A DNA stretch of 64,000 nucleotides from a virus (Duplodnaviria > Caudoviricetes), in IMG/VR virus record IMGVR_UViG_3300047280_000041, positions 7,629 to 71,628 of that record; one strand, given 5' to 3'. This document shows positions 30,040 to 38,094 of this stretch, piece by piece. A model generated the notes under the pieces. That model saw nothing but the letters and a program-made list of their open reading frames with translations, was not told the origin of the DNA and ran no database searches. The translations under genes and the position numbers were made by a program. Position 1 is the first letter of the stretch, and each line of letters starts with the position of its first letter.

Positions 30040-31140
30040 ATGACAACTTGCTCAACAGACTTTTGTGGCACTGGCCTTGGAAACATCGTCAAGCCAGGGG
30101 ATCCTGACAATTTTTCGACGCTTCTGGCTGTCTCTGCCTATGGCGGAGTTGACGTTTCATGGTCGATGCCAACGACAAACCCACATGCAGTGGCCTACAC
30201 CCGGGTTTATCGTGCGGTTTTAGACGATTTCAATGCGGCCACGATTATTGCCGAGGTTGGGAATACGTTCTTTTACGATCGAATGCAGGATTCCCAGAAC
30301 CTGTATTACTACTATTGGATCTCTCACGTTTCAATCAATGGAACGATCTTTGATCCAATCGGCCCTGCTGGAGCAGTGGCATTACCCAAGATCGATGAGA
30401 CGATCGAACAACTGACCGGCTTGATTGATGCCGGTGTACTGGCTTCTTCTTTGCGAGCAAAGATCGACAGCATTGATACAAACTTTGGCTTGTTTCAAAG
30501 TGAGATCACTGAGCGCAATGAACAAGCAATCCTGTTCACTGCCATGCTTGCCGACGTACAAGGCGGCATCAATTCGGTTATGACATTGGTGAATGAAGAA
30601 ATCACCAATCGCCAGGATGGCGAATCAGCCTTTGTTGCTCAGAGCAACCTGATTGCAGCCGCCACGGCCGACAATTTTGCAGCCGTTGAAACCTCAATGC
30701 AGGCAGGATTCAATTCAATCAATGGAACCATCGAAGATATTGGTGCCCTGTACACAGCCAAGCTGACTGTAAACAACCTGGTCGGTGGTTTCGGAATCTA
30801 CAACGACGGCACTACCGTTGAAGCAGGCTTTGATGTGGATACTTTTTGGGTTGGTAGAACCCAGGACAACAAGCGCAAGCCCTTTATTGTTCAGAATAAT
30901 GTGGTGTACCTCGACAAAGCGGCTATTGCCGATGCCAGTATTACTTTGGCTCAAATCGACAAGGCCACTATTCAGAACCTCTCGGCACTGAATGCCGACA
31001 TGGGCAACATCACGGCCGGCAAGATCAAGTTTGCCCAGCCAGGAGCACCGACTAATTACATTCAGATTGACAGCGCAACACAAACACTCACGGTGTATAA
31101 CGCCGGTGTGCTGCGAGTCAAGATTGGAAACCTGGCATGA
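30040..31140 (+). CDS. Tail/host-specificity protein (FN3-like plus DUF1983-like C-terminus)
   Basis: FN3-like N-terminus, coiled coil, then YTAKLTVNNLVGGFG...PFIVQNNVVYLDKAAIADASITLAQI as in gpJ C-termini. Confidence 0.7.
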   Translation: MTTCSTDFCGTGLGNIVKPGDPDNFSTLLAVSAYGGVDVSWSMPTTNPHAVAYTRVYRAVLDDFNAATIIAEVGNTFFYDRMQDSQNLYYYYWISHVSINGTIFDPIGPAGAVALPKIDETIEQLTGLIDAGVLASSLRAKIDSIDTNFGLFQSEITERNEQAILFTAMLADVQGGINSVMTLVNEEITNRQDGESAFVAQSNLIAAATADNFAAVETSMQAGFNSINGTIEDIGALYTAKLTVNNLVGGFGIYNDGTTVEAGFDVDTFWVGRTQDNKRKPFIVQNNVVYLDKAAIADASITLAQIDKATIQNLSALNADMGNITAGKIKFAQPGAPTNYIQIDSATQTLTVYNAGVLRVKIGNLA

Positions 31141-31418
31141 CCTTTGGCCTGAATGTTTTCAACGCATTGGGTGGGCTGTCTTACTCGTCAAATGACGTGA
31201 CCTGGAACCAGGTTGACTTCTTTGAAGTGGTGGGCGATGGGTCAGCAAGTTACAGCTACCCGGTGTTGGCCGGCAAGGAAGTGTTGACCGCACAGATGTT
31301 TGTCAACTCGCCCCCGACGGATAAAAAAGCAAAGGCTCACACAGTGACGGTCAGCGGGACCACGGTGTTTGCTTCTGGTGGTTCAGAAGCGAGCTACATT
31401 TTGGTGATGATGCGATGA
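31137..31418 (+). CDS. Small tail-associated protein
   Basis: MTFGLNVFNALGGLSYSS start resembles genes following gpJ-like proteins; ATGA overlaps on both sides. Confidence 0.6.
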   Translation: MTFGLNVFNALGGLSYSSNDVTWNQVDFFEVVGDGSASYSYPVLAGKEVLTAQMFVNSPPTDKKAKAHTVTVSGTTVFASGGSEASYILVMMR

Positions 31419-32353
31419 GTCACGGTCTTTTAGTTCTCAACAACAACAATCAGGTGCTGGTGTCTTCTGACACACGCAATTTGCACTTCATTGGCAAGGC
31501 GTCTTACGCATCCATGGATGTGTCTGACGACGAATACGGTGGCATTCGAATTGCCACCTTCACGATTGCCTGCTCAACGTACCCGGTGCCTTTCCTCACG
31601 ATGCCCACGGGCGATCGGTATGCGATCTCACGAATCTACAACGTGGGCGGGAACTCTTGGAATATTGAAGTCATTCGCTCTGGCACAGGGACTTTTAACC
31701 CCGAGGTGTATGTGTTTGCCGATCCACGGTCTGCAAGCTCCTCAGAGCCCTTTGGCATGATCGTGTATCGAGACGACGGAACACCGTCGTTTGATAGCCG
31801 CTTGCGTCCTTTGGCCATTACAGGGGGCTTGTCGGTGGTGCACCCCAGCAACCCCAAGGTGTTTCCTTCTGGGGGCTTGGCCCCCAAAGATTGCAGCTCG
31901 ACTGACAGCGCTTGTGGGTCGTACTTTGCACCAACTGCAGAGAATGCCTATTCGCTGCCTGGGCAACCGGCAAAGCCTATGTTTTTCTATCCCAGTCTGG
32001 CTCAGGCTGAGCGCGAGAATATCTGGTCAACTTCGGAAGAAGATTGCCTGGGGTCGGACAAGTTGGGCGTTTGCTTGACCAAGGACTATTACCAGTGGGC
32101 TTCACGATACTGGGCGTTTTATCGTGGTGGCATTCGATTCAGCAGCTCAACGCTTTATGCCGGCTGGATTACGGTGTCCCACGGCTGCAATAGCTATTAC
32201 CGTCATGAAAGCTCGTTGCTGAGCATTGGTAACATCATTGATATTCCGGTGGGCAGTGACAGTTGGGTAGGCGGTAAATGGCCGTACAGCAATGAAACGC
32301 TCAACCTGGATGCCGCTACTGTTCTTGTTGGAGACGCCTCTCGCTATGATTAA
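31415..32353 (+). CDS. Tail tip / receptor-binding candidate
   Basis: MSHGLLVLNNNNQVLVSSD and FGMIVYRDDGTPSFDSR repeats typical of tail-tip accessory proteins; aromatic-rich C-terminus with several Cys. Confidence 0.55.
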   Translation: MSHGLLVLNNNNQVLVSSDTRNLHFIGKASYASMDVSDDEYGGIRIATFTIACSTYPVPFLTMPTGDRYAISRIYNVGGNSWNIEVIRSGTGTFNPEVYVFADPRSASSSEPFGMIVYRDDGTPSFDSRLRPLAITGGLSVVHPSNPKVFPSGGLAPKDCSSTDSACGSYFAPTAENAYSLPGQPAKPMFFYPSLAQAERENIWSTSEEDCLGSDKLGVCLTKDYYQWASRYWAFYRGGIRFSSSTLYAGWITVSHGCNSYYRHESSLLSIGNIIDIPVGSDSWVGGKWPYSNETLNLDAATVLVGDASRYD

Positions 32354-32552
32354 GCCATTCAAAATTCAATGGATCCGTGATGAATCAAACGGAGCAAAGA
32401 CAGTTGCTGTGTCGGTGCGCAAAGTGCTGCAGTTGACTGAAACGAAGAAACAAACAGAAGAGTTTCACACCACGATCTACGTGGATGCGGGACTTGATGT
32501 GGATGACACGGTGTACGACTTTTTAAATCAAGGGGGCTGGATCGATGCCTGA
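32346..32552 (+). CDS. Hypothetical protein
   Basis: 68 aa, overlapping both neighbours. Confidence 0.55.
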   Translation: MIKPFKIQWIRDESNGAKTVAVSVRKVLQLTETKKQTEEFHTTIYVDAGLDVDDTVYDFLNQGGWIDA

Positions 32553-33213
32553 TATTCTTTTCAAAGCAGACGGCCAAAAGGTCGAGAACTTCAACAAAGA
32601 CAAAGCTGAATCAACAGCCTTGTTCAATGAAATCAAGCAGGCATTTCCTTGGTTCGACGTAGGGTCACACCGCGCAGTGTCTCAAAGCTATGTGCACGAA
32701 ATAATTAACAAGCGCGTGATGAGGACTTGTTTGATGATGAACTATGCTGAATCCATTGTGGATGGTACCTTTGGTACAGCTCATCGTCTGTTTGATCTGG
32801 ACGCAGGCACATCAATGATCTATGTCACAAAGCTTTTTGAAGGTGAACAACCAAGTTGGGCAACAGAAAACATGTTTGTTCTTGGCCAGACTGAGCATCA
32901 TGAAGAATTTAGAAAGCCTTGTGATCCTGCAATGTTGTCTTTCACCGAATACTTTTTTATTGCTTCTGACGATCGCCTTGTAGAAATGCAGTTTGATCTG
33001 ACCGACCGCAATCAAGACACGTTGTTCAGTGTTCTGGTTTCAAACGACCAAGTGGTAGCACAGCGCCGATACACCAACTTTGACCCGTTGGATGCAGGTG
33101 TGCTGGCCAATTGGCAAATGATGTATGTGATGTATGCGAAGAAAGCTCGGCGCATGGATCTTGTACGAAAGATGTTTTCCCTGCCCTACATCGGTCAGCT
33201 GACAGACGCATAA
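32545..33213 (+). CDS. Hypothetical protein
   Basis: 222-aa ORF coupled to the tail genes; no motif recognised. Confidence 0.6.
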   Translation: MPDILFKADGQKVENFNKDKAESTALFNEIKQAFPWFDVGSHRAVSQSYVHEIINKRVMRTCLMMNYAESIVDGTFGTAHRLFDLDAGTSMIYVTKLFEGEQPSWATENMFVLGQTEHHEEFRKPCDPAMLSFTEYFFIASDDRLVEMQFDLTDRNQDTLFSVLVSNDQVVAQRRYTNFDPLDAGVLANWQMMYVMYAKKARRMDLVRKMFSLPYIGQLTDA

Positions 33214-33321
33214 TCTTTCTATGGTCTAATATGGACCATTAAACGGATGACTGAATAGCAGGAACTTCCGACCAAAATTTCCTTGGCACTGAGAGTGTCA
33301 AGATTGTCGGAGAACCTGCGA

Positions 33322-33657
33322 ATGACTACTCGAATCAAACTTGTCCGAGGTGATACCAAGCCACAGCTTCGCCTCACGCTGACTAACGAAACAAGCGGTC
33401 AGCCCATCAATTTGACCGGTGCTACGGTCACTCTGCACTTCCGCGCAGCAGATGCCAACACAATCCTTTTTTCTCGCCCAGCTCTTGTCAACCCCCAATA
33501 CGCAACCGAAGGCATTTGCTACATCAACTGGGAAGAGGGCGACTTAGATCAAGAGATGGGCAACTACGAGGGCGAAATTGAAATCGTCCTGTCAGATGGT
33601 TCCCGCGAAACCCTTTACGAAATCCTGAAGTTCAAGCTTCGTGAGGACTTCGCATGA
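33322..33657 (+). CDS. BppU-like baseplate/tail adaptor domain protein
   Basis: IKLVRGDT...PINLTGATV...YEGEIEI pattern; start at ATG 33322. Confidence 0.75.
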   Translation: MTTRIKLVRGDTKPQLRLTLTNETSGQPINLTGATVTLHFRAADANTILFSRPALVNPQYATEGICYINWEEGDLDQEMGNYEGEIEIVLSDGSRETLYEILKFKLREDFA

Positions 33658-34703
33658 GCTTGCCTATCGTAGCCAACGCCATCAGAGCCGCTTGTGCGCG
33701 GATGGGCACGGCTGCGCAAGTCTCGGTCTCTCCAGTACGTCTGGCAATCGAAATAGGTGAGTTCCTGCTGAACGTGCGCAAGCGCGATTCAGTGACTGCG
33801 TCCGATGGCACGGGTGTTTTGAGCGAGATGTTCTTGACATTCTTCAAGTCCAAGATTGATGTGGCCAGCGTTGCTGAAGATGTCGCTTTCGAGTTCTACA
33901 AAGCCCTGCACGACGAAGCTGGGTTAAGTGATGCCCGCATTTTTGCGTTCTTCAAGACCCTGATTGATGAAATGCGTGTTCAAGATGCTCACGCATTGAA
34001 TCTGTCCAAGCCAATGGCAGAGCTGGTGGCCGGAGTAGAAGACAAGACGTATCTGCTCAGCAAGAAAGTCAAGGAAGATGCTGTAGGCGCTCAAGATGCG
34101 TTGGACTACTTCGATGTAGCCAAGGCATTGACTGACGGCATAGGCCTGGTAGAAGCCCGCGCATTTGGGCTTTTTCGCCCAATAGCTGAAAAGTTTGAAG
34201 TTGCTGATGCGGAGTTTCAAACCGTCACCAAAAACTTTCAAGACACCTTGCATGTCACAGATGACATGGACGGAGCCGCTTCAATTCTTGATGATCAAGC
34301 CATGCAGTTCACCAAACAGATGGCTGAAGTTGCCGGTGTAACTGACGAGATTTACATCATCATTGAAGTGCTCCGCGAATGGTTTGAAACGGCAACCGTT
34401 GGCGAAGTTTTCGCGCTATTACTGTCTCGCGGCCTGTTTGATTCTGCTGCAGTTTCAGATTACTGCAACCAAATTTTGAACAAGACTGTATTTGATACAG
34501 TCGGTACTCAAGATTCAACCACTAAGTCTGCGGCCAAATCGTTAGCAGACAGTGGGTTATTCACTGATGGCAAGGCAATTGCAATGTCAAGAGTGAAAAA
34601 CGAATCGACCCTAATTTCCGATACGGGGTCGTTACGCAATCAGAGCTATTCTGGCTCTGACTACTTTGCGGAAGACTACGTCGGAGTCTCCAGATCTTTT
34701 TAA
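33654..34703 (+). CDS. Repetitive tail-associated structural protein
   Basis: About 18-20-aa imperfect repeats (K.l.D...v.D) throughout; C-terminal DYFAEDYVG. Confidence 0.6.
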   Translation: MSLPIVANAIRAACARMGTAAQVSVSPVRLAIEIGEFLLNVRKRDSVTASDGTGVLSEMFLTFFKSKIDVASVAEDVAFEFYKALHDEAGLSDARIFAFFKTLIDEMRVQDAHALNLSKPMAELVAGVEDKTYLLSKKVKEDAVGAQDALDYFDVAKALTDGIGLVEARAFGLFRPIAEKFEVADAEFQTVTKNFQDTLHVTDDMDGAASILDDQAMQFTKQMAEVAGVTDEIYIIIEVLREWFETATVGEVFALLLSRGLFDSAAVSDYCNQILNKTVFDTVGTQDSTTKSAAKSLADSGLFTDGKAIAMSRVKNESTLISDTGSLRNQSYSGSDYFAEDYVGVSRSF

Positions 34704-34713
34704 AGGAAAAACC

Positions 34714-35172
34714 ATGATCAATGAAAAACTCAAACTGAGCGGCCAAGTCAATATCGTCGTCACCGACAAAAACGGTAACGTCAAAGACTCTCGTGAAATC
34801 AAGAACCTGGTAGTCAATACCGGTCTCGCATACATCATCTCCCGCATGGTGGGCACCAGCAAATCCGTTATGAGCCACATGGCTCTTGGTGCTGGTACCA
34901 CTGCAGCAGATGCCAGTCAGAGCGATCTGATCAGCATGTTGGGTAGCCGTGAAGCCATTGATTCCACAACCATCATTGGCAGCAACAACGAAAAAGTGCA
35001 GTTTGTTTCGACGTTTGAACCCGGCGATGCAACTGGTGCTGTGACTGAAGCCGGCATCTTCAACGCATCTACTGCTGGCGACATGTTGTGCCGCACGGTG
35101 TTTCCGGTGGTGAACAAAGCTGCTGACGACCAAATGGCCGTCACCTGGACTATCACGCTGGCTGCAGCTTAA
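34714..35172 (+). CDS. Tail collar / fibre attachment protein
   Basis: NLVVNTGLAYI...HMALGAG...GAVTEAGIFNA...MLCR motif typical of tail-fibre N-terminal anchor proteins. Confidence 0.7.
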   Translation: MINEKLKLSGQVNIVVTDKNGNVKDSREIKNLVVNTGLAYIISRMVGTSKSVMSHMALGAGTTAADASQSDLISMLGSREAIDSTTIIGSNNEKVQFVSTFEPGDATGAVTEAGIFNASTAGDMLCRTVFPVVNKAADDQMAVTWTITLAAA

Positions 35173-35185
35173 TAGAGGCGTCTAG

Positions 35186-36583
35186 ATGGAAGCGATCACT
35201 CTTCGCGCCGACCTTACCCGTGGTCTAACCAACGCGGAGATCGACGCCAACTGGAATGCAATCGTAGGTGAACTGAACACCAAGGTAACTGCTGCAGGTG
35301 CAAGAGCAGCTATCTCGGTGTCTGGTTCATTGACGTATAACTCTACAACAGGTGTTCTTGGCTTTACCGAGACACCATTGACAAGCGGGAACATTGTTTC
35401 GGCTTTGGGCTTTACGCCCTACAACAACAGCAACCCCTCTGGTTTCATTACCAGTGCGGCATTGACCAGTTATTTGCCGTTAGCTGGTGGCACATTAAGC
35501 GGTGCATTGACTGTTGGTGGAAACATTATTGCAGCTGCAAACGCTGGATCAAGCAGGATTATCGGCTTGTCAAGCGGAACCAATACAACGCTTGTCTTGC
35601 AAGCGGGTGCGGTAACAGGTTCCGGCGCAAACATTGAGCTGACAGCAGACAAGTATGCGTATGTGGATGCAGATGAAACTCGCTTACGCAGCAACGATGC
35701 GTCAGTTACTTTTCTGACTGCTAACTCGACTGGTTTAAACGTTGTCACGGGTGCTCTGAAGCAAGGCGGCAACCAAGTCCTGCATGCAGGCAACTTTGGC
35801 ACCTACGCAGCAGCGTTGTCACACACGCACAGCTATGCACCGCTGACTGGCGGTGGCACATCTGGCAGTTGGCCAATCAGTGTTACCGGTACAGCAGGCG
35901 GTGTGGCATGGTCTGCAGTGTCGGGCCGTCCTACCGGTGAACCTTGGTTTGGTACGGTGTCAAACTGCGGCGGCGTTTCTGGTGGTGGTTATTACGGAAC
36001 CGGCATCACTGGTGGTATGTACCTGTACGACGAAGGCGGAAACGTCAGAATTGGCGGCACGATTACATTGACTGCTTGCGCTTGCAACTGCAACTGCTCT
36101 ACATGCTGCTTCCCGCTTGACACGGAAGTCGCGATGGGCGATGGCTCAACAAAGGCGGTTCAAGATGTTGTCGTTGGCGATACGGTTTTGTCCCCATTCG
36201 GCGCAGACGTTGAGGTGCTGTCCCAAATTGTTTGCCCGGTTCAAGAGGGCGAAATCACCTACCTTGTAAATGGCACAACCCGAATGACACGAGAGCATTT
36301 GCTGCGCGGCGAATCCGGTTGGCTTGCTGTTGACTTGCAGGGCTACATCGGCTGGCGCGAAAAGCAAATGAGCGAAGGCTTGGATGCTGGAATTGACCCG
36401 GCCCAACTCAAGCAAGCCGAGGTCGGCGACTTGATTCTCACACTTAATGGTCTGGTCAAAATTGAATCCATTGAGCGCATCACCGGCAAAGCACCGGAGA
36501 CATTGATGTCTCTTGAGTTGACAGGCAGCCGCAGCTTCTTTGCTAACGGCATGGCTGTTGAATCAAAAACCAATCAGGGGTAA
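35186..36583 (+). CDS. Tail fibre with Cys-rich C-terminal motif fused to a Hint (intein-like) domain
   Basis: Fibre motifs (ALGFTPYN, YLPLAGGTLSG, VLHAGNF, HTH), then CACNCNCSTC, then CFPLDTEVAMGDG...VVVGDTV...TREH...FFANGMAVES. Confidence 0.85.
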   Translation: MEAITLRADLTRGLTNAEIDANWNAIVGELNTKVTAAGARAAISVSGSLTYNSTTGVLGFTETPLTSGNIVSALGFTPYNNSNPSGFITSAALTSYLPLAGGTLSGALTVGGNIIAAANAGSSRIIGLSSGTNTTLVLQAGAVTGSGANIELTADKYAYVDADETRLRSNDASVTFLTANSTGLNVVTGALKQGGNQVLHAGNFGTYAAALSHTHSYAPLTGGGTSGSWPISVTGTAGGVAWSAVSGRPTGEPWFGTVSNCGGVSGGGYYGTGITGGMYLYDEGGNVRIGGTITLTACACNCNCSTCCFPLDTEVAMGDGSTKAVQDVVVGDTVLSPFGADVEVLSQIVCPVQEGEITYLVNGTTRMTREHLLRGESGWLAVDLQGYIGWREKQMSEGLDAGIDPAQLKQAEVGDLILTLNGLVKIESIERITGKAPETLMSLELTGSRSFFANGMAVESKTNQG

Positions 36584-36586
36584 TAA

Positions 36587-37468
36587 ATGAACCAGCACCT
36601 ATTTCATTGGACGCTAGGCCAAAGCATACCTTTGCACATTAGCCTAGAAGTCGTTGGCGACACTGTGATGGTTGCGTACTTTAGGGATGCAACCAATGAG
36701 CCAACAGAAAGCGACGTTATCCTTGGCTCTGATGAATACACAGAGCTAAAAAGCAACGCAGCAAATCACCCCGTGATTCAAGTTCCTGAGTCTCTTTTTA
36801 TCGCCAGCACAATCAACCAAGATTGGGGCGACAAGAGGATTGGCCTTATTGGTTTTTCACAAATCAAAAAAGACTCAAACTTTATGGGTTCTCGTGAGTA
36901 CGCCGCTCCTGCAATCTACTGCTTTCAAGTCGATGCCAGAACCCCTGTTGCTCCATACAACTTGCTGGTTGACACAATAGATTCAAAGCGCAGCTCAGTG
37001 CATTCCAAGAGCCCGTTTTTGCGTGATACCGCAATTGTTGCGTTCTTGCACCGCAAAGATGTGCCGCTCTCGTCTGCGTCATTTGTTGTCCGACAACCAG
37101 AAGGCTCGCTGTTTGCATCAAACATTACGGGATGGGCTGAGACAACAACATCGCCAGCTGCTATCGTGCAGGCAACCATTCCAAAAGTTGTCTTTACTCA
37201 GTCCACAGTTTCAATTGCCTCAAACGAAACAGCGTCTGTTGGCTTTTCTGTGAAGTTTGATGATGGCTCCGTTGATTCTGGCGGAGAGCATGAGGCAGTG
37301 TTTGAATCTACTGGCGGCTACTTGCCAGTTCGACGCGTTGCCACAAACACTGGCACTGGCTCCATCCGCATCTCTGCGCTGGGCATGTTGAGCGGCGAGA
37401 GCTTCAAAGTAAAAGCTGGCTTTAAAAACTACTCTGGCACGGATGAGATTCTTGTAGAAGTGCTATGA
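36587..37468 (+). CDS. Fibre-associated protein with probable C-terminal beta-sandwich domain
   Basis: 293 aa, starts 3 nt after the fibre stop; beta-rich C-terminus ESTGGYLPVRRV...KVKAGFKNYSG. Confidence 0.65.
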   Translation: MNQHLFHWTLGQSIPLHISLEVVGDTVMVAYFRDATNEPTESDVILGSDEYTELKSNAANHPVIQVPESLFIASTINQDWGDKRIGLIGFSQIKKDSNFMGSREYAAPAIYCFQVDARTPVAPYNLLVDTIDSKRSSVHSKSPFLRDTAIVAFLHRKDVPLSSASFVVRQPEGSLFASNITGWAETTTSPAAIVQATIPKVVFTQSTVSIASNETASVGFSVKFDDGSVDSGGEHEAVFESTGGYLPVRRVATNTGTGSIRISALGMLSGESFKVKAGFKNYSGTDEILVEVL

Positions 37469-38094
37469 CAAAAACAGAAATTATCTTTGGCACACCGATT
37501 CTGGTGATAGACCTACCAAAGAATCCAGAAGCACTTTCTCGGATTGCTGCGGCATCGAAGGAATATCACTTCAAAAGGGCCAGGGATGATGCTGAGTTTG
37601 CAGCAAAAAACGGTCGAACCAGGATTTCTAGGCCCGATCTTTTAGAAAGTTTGCCTTCGTCAGATAGGGCATTTCTATTAGAGCCACTGAATGAAGCTGT
37701 TCGCTATTTCGTTGGTCATGGTTTGAAAGACTCGGCTACATACGAAAGAAAGCTGGCTGTGCGTGGGTTTGCCCGGTATTACCCGGATGGCGGAAGGATT
37801 GTTCCCCACACGCATTTTGATGCTGACATCGTTGTTTCAATTTATCTACAATCTGGGGGCACGGAAAATGCGCCGGCTGCAGACTTGATCCTGATAGATC
37901 AAACTGTTCGTGGCTATCCGCATCGTGCGCCGTTCCATAGAATCCCAGTGCGGGACGGAATGGCGGTAATTTTTCCAAGCTATGTGCTACATGAGACGGA
38001 CCCAAGCCCTGGTGAGAGAATCATTGCAGGGCTCGAGTACAAGATCATTGAGCACGATATGCACAAGATCTTCACCCCAACTGAGAAATACTGA
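37465..38094 (+). CDS. Putative 2OG-Fe(II) oxygenase
   Basis: IFGTPI N-terminus, PHTH...VVSIYL, G.AVIFPSYVLHET...ERI double-stranded beta-helix pattern. Confidence 0.8.
   Translation: MTKTEIIFGTPILVIDLPKNPEALSRIAAASKEYHFKRARDDAEFAAKNGRTRISRPDLLESLPSSDRAFLLEPLNEAVRYFVGHGLKDSATYERKLAVRGFARYYPDGGRIVPHTHFDADIVVSIYLQSGGTENAPAADLILIDQTVRGYPHRAPFHRIPVRDGMAVIFPSYVLHETDPSPGERIIAGLEYKIIEHDMHKIFTPTEKY

Noticed and set aside
36107-36583. Canonical splicing intein or homing endonuclease
   Set aside because: No terminal His-Asn, no C-extein nucleophile and no LAGLIDADG motifs.
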